DNA of 64,000 nucleotides from Mobula hypostoma (taxonomy: Eukaryota), in the NCBI RefSeq assembly GCF_963921235.1, contig NC_086097.1, positions 120,220,001 through 120,284,000 on the forward strand, in the 5' to 3' direction. The notes under the pieces are model-generated. The model was not told the origin of the DNA, did not search any database, and saw only the letters and a program-made list of their open reading frames with translations. Made by a program: the position numbers and the translations under genes. Below, piece by piece: positions 12,030-23,593 of this stretch (its first letter is position 1; each line of letters begins with the position of its first letter).

Positions 12030-12479
12030 ACTCCAGTCGAGTCAGATGTTCTGCAAAGGGGTTGTTTCTAGGTGGGTTCTCAGGTGGCTGTAGTGTCACA
12101 TAACTGGGATGTTACAGTGGATTCCGTTAATGGATATAGCTTGCATGTGACTTTGTTTAGTGTGGGGACACTACACAGTCCTTGACAGATCGGGGTCAGG
12201 GTTCAGTGGCATGATGAGCAAGACAACCCTTCACTGCTGCAGCCTCACTCCACCTACACTGCTATTGTGATATGTCACCATCTTCCGACAGCTCCAAGGC
12301 CCAAAGAGGTCTCGATTTCATTGCTCTTTGTCGAGAGTCTCTGCCTCAGACTTACCACCATTTGTGAGCCTACCAGGAGCTATATGCCAGATGGCTAAAC
12401 TCCAGACAGCATCACACTCAGGATCTCAGGAAATCAGTAGCCTCTCTACCATAACAGGGTGACAAACCTCAGAGAAGAC
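12030..12479 (-). mobile_element. Older relative of the RTE-derived element at 2230-2641
   Basis: CTTACCACCAT...CCTACCAGGAGC...CTCCAGACAGCATCACACTCAGGATC...GGTGACAA aligns with 2534-2632. Confidence 0.7.
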
Positions 12480-12504
12480 ATTATCAAACTCTATATATGT
12501 TCCC

Positions 12505-14565
12505 TCAGACCTTGTAGAAGGCTAGCACAGAAATTGCAGTGGCCCAAACAGAGATACTTAAAATGTTCTTAGCAATGGGTGAGGTGCCAGAGGATTGGAG
12601 GATAGCTAATGTTGTTCCATTGTTTCAGAAAGGCTTTAAATATAAACCAGAAAATTATAACCTGACATCAGTAGTGGGTAAATTATTGGAAGTATGCTAA
12701 GGGACTGGAAATATAAGTATTTGGATAGACACGGACAGAATAGGGATAGTCAACATGGCTGTGTGCATGGTAGGTCATGTCTAACCAATCTTAGAGAGTT
12801 ATTCAAGGAAGTTTTCAGGAAAGTGGATGTTGTCTACATGGACTTTAGTAAGGCACGATCTTGCATGGGAGATTGCTTAAGAAGGTTCAGTCACTCAGCA
12901 TTCAAGATGAAGCTGTAAATTGCATTAGACATTGGCTTTGTGGGAGAAGCCAGAGAGTGGTAGTAGATTGTTGCCTTTCTGACTGGAGGCCTGTGACAAG
13001 CGGTGTGCAGCAGAGATCAGTCCTTTGTTGTTTGTCATCTATATCAACGATTTGGATGATAATGTAGTAAATTGGATCAACAAAGTTGCAGTTGACAGCA
13101 ACACTGGGGGCATAGCAGACAGTGAGGAAGGCTTTCTTATCTTGCAGTGTGATCTGGACCAGCTCAAAAAATGGGCTGAATATTAGATTAGATTAGATTA
13201 TGAGAACACTCAGTCCTCTTTTATTGTCATTTAGAAATGCATACATGCATTAAGAAATGATACAATGTTCCTCCAGAGTGATTTCACTGAAAACAGAAAA
13301 AAGACTAACACTGACAGAACCACATAATTATAACATATAGTTACAGCAGTGCAAAACAATACCTTAATTTGATAAAGAACAGACCATGGGCACGGTAAAA
13401 AAAAGTCTAAAGTTCCGAATGATTCCCGAGTCCCCGATAGCAAGCGGCAAAAGTGAGAAACTCCCTGCCATAAACCTCCAAGGCACCGACAACTGCTGAT
13501 GCCTTGGAAGCAGCCGACCACAGCCGACACCAAGTCCATCCATCCGAAAACTTCGAGCCTCCGACAAACCCCTCCATTACAGCCTCCCAAGTGCCATCCT
13601 CTGCCGAGCGTCTTTATCCTAGCCCCGGCCGCCAAAACAAGCAAAGCCGAGGATTCGGGGCCTTCTGCTCCGGAGATTCCGGTTACCACACAGTAGCAGT
13701 GGCAGCAAAGCGGGCATTTCAGAAGTTTCTCCAGATGTTCCTCCATACTGTCACATCTGTCTCCATCAAATCAGAATTGTGCACGGTCCCCTACTCGACA
13801 GATTACAGATATCATTCACCGGAGAGACCACACGCAATGCGTTGCACCGCCATCTTCTCCTCTTCCCTTTATGGCAGACAAATGTGAGGTGTTACACTTT
13901 GGGAGGACAAATCAGGGTAGGTCTTACACAATGACTGATAGGGCACTGAGGTGTGTGGTAGAACAGCGAGATCTTGGAATGTAGATTTATAATTCCCAGA
14001 AAGTAACATCATGGGTAAATAGGGATGTAAAGAAAGCTTTTGGAATGTTGGCCTTCATAAATCAAAGTATTGAATATGGGAGTTGGGATCTCATGTTGAA
14101 GTTATATAAAATATTGGTGAGGCTTAACTTGGAGAATTTTGTGTAAACATTGAATAAGTTAGGACTTAGTTTCCAGGAGAATGAGAGGAAATTTGATAGA
14201 GATCTACAAAATTATGAGGTGCACAGATAGGGTAAGTACAAGCAGGGATTTTCCACTGAGGTTGAATGAGATGAGAACTGGAAGTCATGGGTTAAGGGTG
14301 AAAGGTGAAATATTTAAGGGGAGTATGAGGGGGAACTTTTTCACCCAGAGGGTGGTGAGAGTGTGGAATGAGCTCACAGTGGAAGAAGTGGATTTGGGTT
14401 CCATTTCACCATTTAAGAGAAACTTGGATAGGTACATGGATGGGTGGGGCATGGAGGGCTATGGCCTGGGTGCAGGTAGATGGGACTAGGCAGATTAGTT
14501 GTTTGGCACGGACTAGATGGGATGAAAAGCCTCCTTCTGTGCAGTAGTGTTCTATGATTCCATAA
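12505..14565 (+). mobile_element. CR1/HER1 LINE, 5'-truncated and interrupted at 13183-13868
   Basis: ORFs contain SQHGCVHGRSCLTNL, VYMDFSK, SDWRPVTSGV, RGNLIEIYKIMR and FFTQRVVRVWNEL; a 3' tail ends near 14565. Confidence 0.88.
13183..13868 (-). mobile_element. Non-autonomous LINE derivative (about 690 bp) with an (ATCTA)n tail and a LINE-like 5' end
   Basis: TTAGA repeats at 13183-13200 sit next to a minus-strand AATAAA; the 5' end GGGAAGAGGAGAAGATGGCGG contains a YY1-type motif (13847-13856); the element splits the CR1 codons W-A-E|K-W-Q. Confidence 0.7.
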
Positions 14566-16049
14566 TTTCTGTATATGATATGCTTTAGTCATATCAAGCA
14601 CAAACCCTCTTAACTCTGTTTATGCACCCTGCACATGTCTATCTCACCACCTAGGGTCCAGCCTGGTGACTATTTGTGGCTTTCCATCTCTCACAAGTAT
14701 ACCCTTTTCAGTCGAAAAGTCAGACCTGTACATAACATTCCAGATGGAGTCTCACCAGGGCCCTGTATAATTGGAGTGAGACATCCTCATCTTGCGATAA
14801 TGACTAACATAACATTTGCCTTCCTATTAAAGACTAACATGCCATTTGCCTTTCTAATTGCTGCAGTGCTGGCTTGTTAACTTTCAGTGATTCATTTACA
14901 AGAACACCAGGCCCAATACCTTCCAGTCTCTCACCATTTAAAACACACTTGGCCTTTCTATTTGTTTTCTCTACCAAAGTGCTTGACTTGACATTTTGAA
15001 TATTTTGTCAGAGTTCTTTGCTGACTCTTATGCCTCAGAGTGAAGGCCCACAGAGAGGTCTGGAGAAATGTCATAACTATTCAATAGATCATCACTGTTT
15101 CAATTGATTCTCTAGTTGGGATTTAATCTCTGGGCTCTGGCTGATTGATAGGGCAGATTCATTTAGGAATCAAAGAAAGCCTTAGGCAGGGAAATAATTT
15201 TACTTCTAGTGGCAGTCCAATTTGATAAAGAGGAACAGAAACAATTCCCAGTCAAATTCATGCAAAATATATCCAATTTCCAATGGCAATCAGTCAATGC
15301 AAATCTCTTACAATTTCTCTTCTCTCTATAAAGGAATACGATTTTATGATTCACAGTTTATTGTATTCTAAATGTTTTTTTATTCCCAGTGCTATGAGTG
15401 CTAAAAGATAACTAGAATGTACAGGTGGAACTCAGCTGAGGGCTGAACCAGCTCTGTTGATCTCTCTTTGAAAAAAAATCTCAAAAGAAAAGCAGAGTGC
15501 AGACAGGTCGATTTAGCTGGCTGCTAAGTTTGAAAATAAAAGAATTATTAACTGTTTTACCAACTTTAGTTGAAATACAAGTCCCCTTGATAAGTTGTGA
15601 GCATTAGTATTGCCTGTTCCCATTCTTTGAAAAAGGCATGTGCCGTTGTTTGAGAGAAAATGCAACTTCCCTACCGTCATGAATACAATTTTGACAATTT
15701 TTTGTTCAAATCAAATTCAATTCATTCTTATGGATTTTGCTACTATCTTGATTTTTATCATAGATTCAACACCTTCAGGAATACCCAGGAATAAGAATTT
15801 ACAGGTATCTAGAAAGTGGCATGTGTTTAGGTGTGTTAATAAGACAGTGCAAGGCAGTCTAACAAGGATTTTGTTTGAAGCTGTATCTGTGTAGCATATG
15901 GTAGCAAGTGATGTCCAGATTCATAGTACTAACTTTATGGAGGGAACAGCCTTCCCATTGTGAGATCAAGGAAGTCAAATCAAAGACTGGAAGTAAGCAG
16001 AGTGATGCATTGCAGGGGACAGACATTATGTTCAAGAAAGGAAGAGCCT

Positions 16050-17060
16050 GTAAAATGTGGTGGATACAGCCCAATCGATCACAGAAAAGCCATCCCCAGC
16101 ACTGAGCGCTGTGCAAGAAAGCAGCATTCATCACCAGGTACCTCCACTACCCAGGCTACGCTCTCTTCTCACTGTGCCATCAGGAAGGAGGTACAGGAGC
16201 CTTAGTTCCCACACCACCAGATGCAGAAACAGTTATTATCCTTCAGCCATCAGATTCCTGAACCAGCATGCATAACTTCACTCACTTCAACACTGAACTG
16301 ATTCCACAAACTGTGGACTCACTTTCAAGGATTCAACAACTCAAATTTCAGTACTATTTATTTATTACTTGTGTTTGTGTATTTGCACAGTTTGTCTTTT
16401 TCATATTTTGTCAGTTTTGTCTGTATGTAGTTTTTCACTGATCTATTGAATTTCTCTGTGCCAGCCAAGATCCCCCACCTGAGTCCATCCCATCTGCCTG
16501 CGTTTGGCAAATCTCCCACTCTTCTTGCTGCTACCATACGGCAGGAGTCTTGGGTCTCATGTCACCAGGTTCAGGAACAATTGTTGCTCTACAGCCATTG
16601 GGCTCCTGGACTGCCATAGATGGCTTCACTCTCTTCTCATTGCTCAATTGACTCCACAGCCTGTAGACTCACTTTCAGAGACTCTGCCATTGTTAAGTAT
16701 GGTTTTCATGGATCCTACTATATTTCTTTATTTTTCTGTGGGTGCCTACAAGAAAAACAAATCTCAAGGTTGTATATGGTTTACATAAATGAAGATTATT
16801 AGAAAGCCCTTAACTCCGAGTGGAGTCATCGGGACGCCGTAACGATGGCGTTTTTTTAGAAGGCTTTCTTAACTTTACGAGGCCGAGTTGCTAGCTTGAT
16901 GTTCAACACAGCACGCATGGAAAGCATGCAAGGGAGCTGGCTGGATTTGAACTCGGGAGCCTTTGCTCTAATGTCCGGCGCTGATGCCACTACGCCACCA
17001 GCCGGCTATATGGTTTACATACTTTGGTGATAAATTTACTTTGATCTTTGAACTTTGAAC
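16050..17060 (+). mobile_element. Two tandem Rex1/Babar 3' fragments
   Basis: ORF 16057-16275 has PSGRRYRSLSSHTTRCRNSYYPSAIRFLN and ORF 16504-16788 has HVTRFRNNCCSTAIGLL; the tail is GATAAATTTACTTTGATCTTTGAACTTTGAAC. Confidence 0.8.
16788..17006 (-). mobile_element. tRNA-derived SINE
   Basis: Perfect 15-bp TSD TATATGGTTTACATA at 16773-16787 and 17007-17021; minus-strand A box TGGCGTAGTGG and B box GAGTTCAAATCC. Confidence 0.88.
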
Positions 17061-17329
17061 GTTACATAATGTGAGTTGATCAGCTCCAGGGAATTTCTTC
17101 TTAATTCACTAACGTGGCTGGTATTGTATGCCGAATCCCTTTTTAGTCTGGGATAGTCAATACTGGATCAGTTTCAGAAAAGACCACATGGCAAAGGTTT
17201 TCCCACAAGCTGAAATTTTTCTCACATTTCATTTTATTTTTCATATTTTCAACCCATAAAGTCTATGTCAACTAACAGAGCATGCCTTTTCTCCACTAAT
17301 TTTCCCTGTAACCTATCCTCACAAGATTG

Positions 17330-17530
17330 CACCTCTTACCTACACATAAGGGACAATTTACAATGTCCAACTAACACACCAACATTCATTGTTTTGCAAG
17401 AGAGGAGGATATCAGTACATCTCAGGGAAAACCCATGCAGTCACAGGGAGATCTTGCAAACACCGCAGGCCAAGACAGAACCTGGGTCACTGGAGCTTTC
17501 AGGTAGCAAAGTGTGCCAATCTGCCACTCC
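17330..17530 (-). mobile_element. HE1/V-SINE-like SINE
   Basis: GGGACAATTTACAATG...GAAAACCCATGCAGTCACAGGGAGA-CTTGCAAAC is the reverse complement of the V-domain seen in the plus-strand copies at about 30865 and 61790. Confidence 0.7.
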
Positions 17531-17599
17531 ATAAAAATAGGAGTTATGGTTCATTATTGGTCCTATTTAATACTGAAAAAAGAGATGTCTGGCTGAGTG

Positions 17600-18285
17600 A
17601 TTTTGCCATTAAAGAAGACGTGAGGGTCCAGGTCCATAGTCCTTGAAAGTGGCTTAGTAGCTTAAGTGACTTATTTGATCTGCCCTGTTCACCACACTAT
17701 AAACCAAAACAGGTTTAAAAGAGGTGAAGAGGGTATATTGAATGTTAGTCAGTATATAGAGTATAAGATTTGGGATTTTGTGTTGCAACTTTATAAGACA
17801 CTGCTTAGGCCACCCGGTAAGGAAAAGCGTGGTTGTGACAGTGATTCACCAAGATATTGCTTTGATTGGAGCACTTTAATTATGGGGAGAGATTGGAAAG
17901 ATTGGGTTGTTTCCTCTGCAGCATGGGAAGCTGAGAGATGATCCAACAGAAGTATATACAGTAAGATTATGAGAGGAATAAATTAGATAGATAGTCAAAA
18001 TCTGTTGCTTTCTTGTGGTAGGGGTATCAAAAGCAAGTAGATATGGTGTTAAGGTGAAAGGAAGAAGCTTGAAAAAGGATCAGAGAGCTTTGTTTTACAC
18101 AGAATGTAGTTGCTACCTGGAATGTGCTGAGAAAGGAGATGGTTGCATCAGATACAAATACTATGTTTAAGAAGCACATAAGCAGACAGTTAACTAGAGG
18201 AGGTATGAAAGGACACCGACATAATGTAGGCATACGGGCAAGAGGGTCAGCATGATCTGGAAAACTGAAGGCTCTATTGCTCAAG
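17600..18285 (+). mobile_element. Degraded CR1 3' fragment
   Basis: ORF 17666-17941 has IEYKIWDFVLQLYKTLLRP, followed by TTTTACACAGAATGTAGTTG...CTGGAATG. Confidence 0.7.
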
Positions 18286-18664
18286 GTTGAACTAGATTTT
18301 AAAGGAAGTACATTTTGGGAATCGCGTTTTTGTTGTTTTATTGAGTGGAAAATTGACATATATATTTGACATAATTGGTTACATATTTTGATAAATACGT
18401 AATTTGAGATTCATTAACAGAGGTATCCTGGGAACCATAATGGTCCAACGTTTAACTCTGCTGGTATTTAATGAGTGTGAATACAAAAAATTTTCACAGT
18501 GAGGGAGATCAACTCTTCACATTAAAAGGATGTTTTACCTTCTACAACTTATAGTTCTGATGGAAGTTTTACACAGCCCCTCAGAAACCTAAGGAGACTC
18601 AGCCTCATTCAGCAATGAAATTTTCAGAATTGCCATAACTGTGAAACTGCCTGACCGTTGACTC

Positions 18665-18862
18665 CTACAGTTTGTCACTCTCCAGGCCACTCAAGAGGGC
18701 AGTGAAACGGCTGCGACTGGAGGTGAAAGAAACTCGTATGATGGCCATAGCTGGAGGTATTGCAGGCAGGTTAACTGGTTTAGTTGTTGCAGTGGTATAC
18801 AGTAAGATGTGCAGCTCGTGGTTGCAAAGAACACCAAGAATGGGCTCTGCCTGAGACTCTAG
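18665..18862 (-). CDS. Candidate terminal coding exon of an unidentified host gene (65 aa: LESQAEPILGVLCNHELHILLYTTATTKPVNLPAIPPAMAIIRVSFTSSRSRFTALLSGLESDKL*)
   Basis: Non-repetitive sequence; splice acceptor TTGACTTTGTTATTCATTGCAG ends at 18863; only phase 0 stays open; stop TAG at 18667-18665; minus-strand AATAAA at 18342-18337. Confidence 0.55.
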   Translation of the reverse strand, partial: LESQAEPILGVLCNHELHILLYTTATTKPVNLPAIPPAMAIIRVSFTSSRSRFTALLSGLESDKL

Positions 18863-20229
18863 CTGCAATGAATAACAAAGTCAATGTCAAGGACAGAGGC
18901 TTTTCAGAGAAATTCAAAGTAAATATTTTTTGTCTCTCTAGTCTTATTGCACTTCATTTAATTCAGGATGATTGCAAGGCATTATGACCAAACAGGTTGT
19001 CAGTTGAGGACTGGAGGCTACCAGTGTTGGGCATTAGTGTGAAATCTCTTCATGATGGGCAGTAATGTCACCAAGGGTGTTACAGTTAATGAGAGAAGGC
19101 AGTCAATAACAGATGCTTGTTGGACTTCAGAGGAATGGTGCGGGGTAAGTGCTGTACATTTTCTGCTTATGATAAATCATGTAAGAAAGGAGTTAATTAA
19201 GGATATTAAACTATCAATGAACTCAAAGATCATATGAATCAGAATTTTTAAACAGCTTTAAAAGTAAACCCAAGCTAAAATTATTCATCAAACCTATTAA
19301 TAATAATCACTGTAAAAATTACTATATTGGAAGGAATACAATTTTGAAAATATTATTTATTGTATATTCAAATACAATGTCATATTTTACTAGATATGTT
19401 ACTCTGGCTGCAGAAACAAAAGCTGCATTTGAAAAGAAGGAAGTGGGATGAATTTTGCAATAAAATGTCTGAAGTGGTTTCAGGAACTTAAAATTTTCAA
19501 GACACAGGTTTTAAATCAGGAATGCTCTTATTTTCAAGGTTTACATATGTGCCATTATCTCAATGAATATTTTTGAAATCAGAGCAATGACTTCCCTGAA
19601 CTTCAGAAAAATCAAGCCATTTCACAATTATTAAAAACATAACTTACTTACAGATTTCTTTGTTGGCAGAAAAATAAACTTCCTTTAGGTGTGTTGTGAA
19701 AGCAGGCTCTTTAATATCAGTCATTTATTGCGGAAGTCAGACCTTTGTAGCATTTTAAAAAGCTTGCTGAACACATCAAGACCTGGAAGCCTTTAGGCTG
19801 TTGTGAGGAAGGCATGCATTAGAGCTAGTTTGTAGTACAGAAGGGTATCTTTTAGGCACTCACAATGCAACATGAGAATTAACGTCAAACAAGCGTTGTG
19901 CAATGTTCCTCCAATATGTCCTGCCACAAAAAGCTGTCCAAATCTAACCCAACCAATTACTGCTGTAGCAACATCTGACCAATCATTACCAGAGAAGAAG
20001 TCAACAGTGCCATCAAGTGACACTAACTTAAAATAGCTAGCTTGCTGCTGCTCAGTATAGGTTCCTTTGAAGCTATCCAGCTCACATTATAGCTTTGACA
20101 TGAACACAAAGGACAAGTTCTGTGGTACAAGCCACTTTATGACACATGAAAGAGCCTTAGATGAAATTAGGTTTGTTTGGCAATTAATAGGACAACACTT
20201 TAAGAGAATATAGTCGTATTAAATGAAAT

Positions 20230-20410
20230 GCCTTGCATTCCAAAGACATACAGTTAGGGTCAGTGAGTTGCCGGCATGCAATGTTTCCACCAGAAACATC
20301 ACAACACTTACGGGCTTCTGAGCACAATCCTTGCTGACTTGATTTGACAAAAGCAGTGCATTTCACTGCATATTTTGATGTACATGTTGCAAGCAAATCT
20401 AATCTTTAAA
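20230..20410 (+). mobile_element. V-SINE 3' half with a Rex1/L2-like tail
   Basis: CATTCCAAAGACATAC...GCATTTCACTGCATATTTTGATGTACATG...AAATCTAATCTTT matches 61855-62030. Confidence 0.65.
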
Positions 20411-20898
20411 TACAATATATTCTGATTTTGAAAAGCCCTGTGATGAAAAGACTCAAAAGCAATCCCAGAGCGTGATCAATTAGAGAACAATAACGGAGTG
20501 GGGAACAAATTGTGCCCAAAGCAAGAGAGAGGATTGTGGACAAAGATTGATACACACAGAGGCAGTAAGTAGGATATGGTGTTTCATAAGGATTGAAGCA
20601 GGGACTACTGTTGCTCATGGTATCTTTAATCAATTTGCACCTAGCTATGGAAAAATAAAGTCAGAATTTCAAGGTTGCACTAGATCGGAATCAGAATCTG
20701 GCATATGTTGTGAAATTTGTTAACTTAGTGACAACAGTACAATGCAATACATGATAATATAGGGAAAAAAGTAAATAAGTCAATTACACAAGTATATATG
20801 TATATTAAATAGTTAAATTAAAAATAGTGCAAAAACAGAAATAATATAAAAAAGTGAGGTAGTGTTCATGTGTTCAATGTCCATTTAGGTATCGGATG

Positions 20899-20971
20899 GT
20901 CCTAACCTGGGGTCCATGGAGCCCTCGGTTAATAGTAAGGCTCCATGACATAAAAAAGTTGGGAACCCCTG
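20899..20971. mobile_element. Very small hAT/Charlie-like MITE remnant
   Basis: Right end AAAAAAGTTGGGAACCCCTG (TIR CAGGGGTTCCCAAC); degenerate left end GTCCTAACCTGGGGTCCATGG. Confidence 0.55.
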
Positions 20972-21779
20972 CACCAGATGAAGTGGTATAGTTGTTACTG
21001 GGGAAGATTGCATCAAAATACGACTCATAAACAATGTAAGTAAGCATTATTAATGGAAGTGTCAATGGGATAGGCACTTACAGCAAGGTAGAGTAATTTG
21101 AGTGGAAGATTAAGGAGGCTCCACACTGCACAAAATGATCTGGAAAGTCAGTTAAAGAGAACCATATAGTGTTACACCAAAGTCGATAAGACAATGGAAG
21201 TTACAAATAAAATACTGTGATTCAGCTACAGAGGGAAATAATTGAGAAGCAGATAAATTACATTAAATGTAGAGAACATTGGCTTGTAGTTATGTTAACT
21301 GAACTGCTTATTTCCAAAGACACGTAAAGATGCTGGAGGGAATTAAAGAACTGTTTACAAGGATATTACAGCTCATGTGTTATTATTGAGGCCCTAATTA
21401 CACTTAGATGGCTCAGATAGACAAGCTACATCATTTATGTGCCAAAACTAGACTTCAGAAACTAACACTGTTCTGAGCTCTGTCACTTTAAGAGATTGAG
21501 CATGGTCATTCAAAATGGAGAAGGAATATTTGGGATGACACTGACAATATGGGGTCCATTTATTGTTGGCCCATGAGATCCATTGGAAATGGCAAAGGAA
21601 TTCACCTTGTAAATAGCTTTGTTATTTAAAACTACTGCAGATTCATTCATGCCCACATCCTCAGCCCCATCAGTGATGGACTTCAAAAATCCACCATTGG
21701 CCCACCAGATACACCAGAATCTTGACAACAGGAGTGGAGGCAAATCATCCTCAAAAAAATAAAAGCCAGTTGGAGCCCT

Positions 21780-22040
21780 GTCTGTGTGTGTGAGGGGAGG
21801 AGTGGGCGGGAAAGTGAGTTGTTTTGCTGTTGTTGCCTTGTCGTTTTTCCTGGTTGTTGCTTTTTTGCATTGTGTGGTCCTGTCAGGCACTGTGGATATG
21901 CTATGTTGATGCCGGAATATGTGTACACCTGTGGGCTGAACACAGCATATCCTTGGGTATGTTGGTTGTTAACACAAGCAACGCATTTTACTCTATGTTT
22001 CGATGTACATGTGATAATTGAATCTGAATTTGAATCTGAA
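21780..22040 (+). mobile_element. SINE/LINE-derivative 3' portion with a (GAATCT)n tail; a related copy lies at 59840-60105
   Basis: ACGCATTTTACTCTATGTTTCGATGTACATGTGATAATTGAATCTGAATTTGAATCTGAA; the same tail core occurs at 20357 and 61981. Confidence 0.65.
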
Positions 22041-22128
22041 GCATGGAGATGGCAAAGGCAGATAACTAACCAGAACTCAGTTGGTCCGCCAGGAATGTGG
22101 CAAGCGGGCAAGGAAAATGGAGTTAATA

Positions 22129-22465
22129 CACTCAGTGGCCACATTATTAAAGTTCAAAGTAACTTTTATTATCAAAGTACATATATGTCACCATATACAA
22201 CCCTGAGATTCATTTACTTGTGGGCATACTCAACAAAGCCATAGAATAGTAATAATAACAGGATCGATGAAAGATTAACCAGAGTGCAGAGTGCAGTGAT
22301 TGTCTTCTGCTGTTGCTGGTCTTCAACATTTGATGTGTCATGCATTCAGAGATGTTTATCTGCACACCACTGTTATAATGTTTGGTTATTTGACTTAGTG
22401 TCACCTTCCTGTCAGTTTGAACTAGTCTGGCCATTCTCCTCTGATTTCTCTCATTAATAAGGCCT
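22129..22465 (-). mobile_element. Tc1-like MITE fragment with an inserted Rex1 tail
   Basis: TA followed by TIR CACTCAGTGGCCACATTATTA; ORF 22210-22434 has MARLVQTDRKVTLSQITKHYNSGVQINISE, a Tc1 HTH remnant. Confidence 0.75.
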
Positions 22466-22689
22466 CAGGACAGATGAAGTGTCTTGGCCCAAAATGTCGA
22501 CTGTTTATTCTCCTCCATAAATTCTGCTTGCCCAGCTGAGTTTCTCCAGCAAATATGAAAATATTACTAGCAGCAAAGTAGAAAATGTTGATAGATGTTG
22601 TCAATCTGTTAAACTGTTGAATTCAGTATTAACATTGGGAAGGTTATATTGTGTTGTAAGGAGATGAGGTGCTATTCTTTGAGTCTATC

Positions 22690-23185
22690 CTGTAGGATGA
22701 AGACATGGAGAAGCAACACCTCATATTCTGTGTGGATAGCCTCCAATCCGATTATATGAACATCAATTTCTCTAATTTCTGGTAGTTTTCTCCCTTTCCT
22801 TTCCCTCTTCTTCCATTTGCCACTCTGGCTCTTCTCTTCTCCTCAGCTGTCTATCACCTTGCACGAGTGTCTCTCCTGCTTCTCTTTCTCCCATCGTCCA
22901 CTCTTCTCTCCTATCTGATTCCTTCTTCTTCAGCCCTTTACCTTTTCCACCTATCACGTTTCATTTTCTCAACTCATCACCCATCTCCCCTCCCAGCCAC
23001 CTTCACCCTGCTTCACCTATCACCTGCCAGCTTGTACCTCTTCCCTTCCCCCCACTTTCTTATTTGGGCTTCTTCCCCCTTCCTTTCCAGTCCTGATGAA
23101 GGGCCTCGGCCTGAAATGCTGACTGTTCATCCCTTTCCATGGATGCTGCCTGATCTGCTGAGCATCTTGTAGCCGTTACTCAGAA
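22690..23185 (+). mobile_element. Penelope-like element 3' end
   Basis: The ORF end reads EKQHLIFCVDSLQSDYMNINFSNFW*, followed by a pyrimidine-rich spacer and a hammerhead-containing tail. Confidence 0.85.
23088..23125 (+). ncRNA. Penelope-associated minimal hammerhead ribozyme motif (mutated)
   Basis: Stem I CAGTC/GACTG encloses CTGATGA (23093-23099), stem II AGG...CCT and GAAA (23113-23116); the stem III/cleavage region has decayed to TGCT. Confidence 0.7.
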
Positions 23186-23593
23186 TAAAGACATAATGGT
23201 CAGGAAGAGGGGGAAGGACAATTAAAGTGACAGACTACTGAAAGCCATATTTACACTTGCAGGCTGAATGAAAGTATTCTGCAATTGGTTTCCTAAACAC
23301 AGAGAGAGCATAGTGAGCACTGGATACAATATAACTAGGTTACAACATTGGATAGTAAGATTGACCCTCACATTTCCATGGACAATCAACAGCACCTAGT
23401 AAATTGATGTTAATGGATATTTGTATGTTGGTCTCTGAGGGCTTTGTTTCCTTGTACAGCTAAGAAATAACTGGAGGCTGCTAAATGTTAGTGATGGTAC
23501 TGTTGACAGTATTCTGCCTAGTTGTGTCATGATCTGTTCGTTGCAACTTCCAGATTCTCCAACTTCAGATGATTTGCTTGTCATTTCCGTCCA

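Noticed and set aside
16940..17006. tRNA gene
   Set aside because: The A/B boxes belong to a TSD-flanked SINE and no complete cloverleaf is evident; the same holds for the heads at about 30790 and 61708.
19855..20036. Plus-strand ~60-codon open frame (HSQCNMRINVKQ...DTNLK*)
   Set aside because: Weak acceptor, no recognisable motif, and a length expected by chance; the same applies to about 15167-15331.
21606..21750. Possible upstream exon (DDLPPLLLSRFW...NKAIYK) in phase with the 18862 exon
   Set aside because: It needs an unusual GAG acceptor, the peptide is not convincing, and the longer ORF starts inside a repeat.
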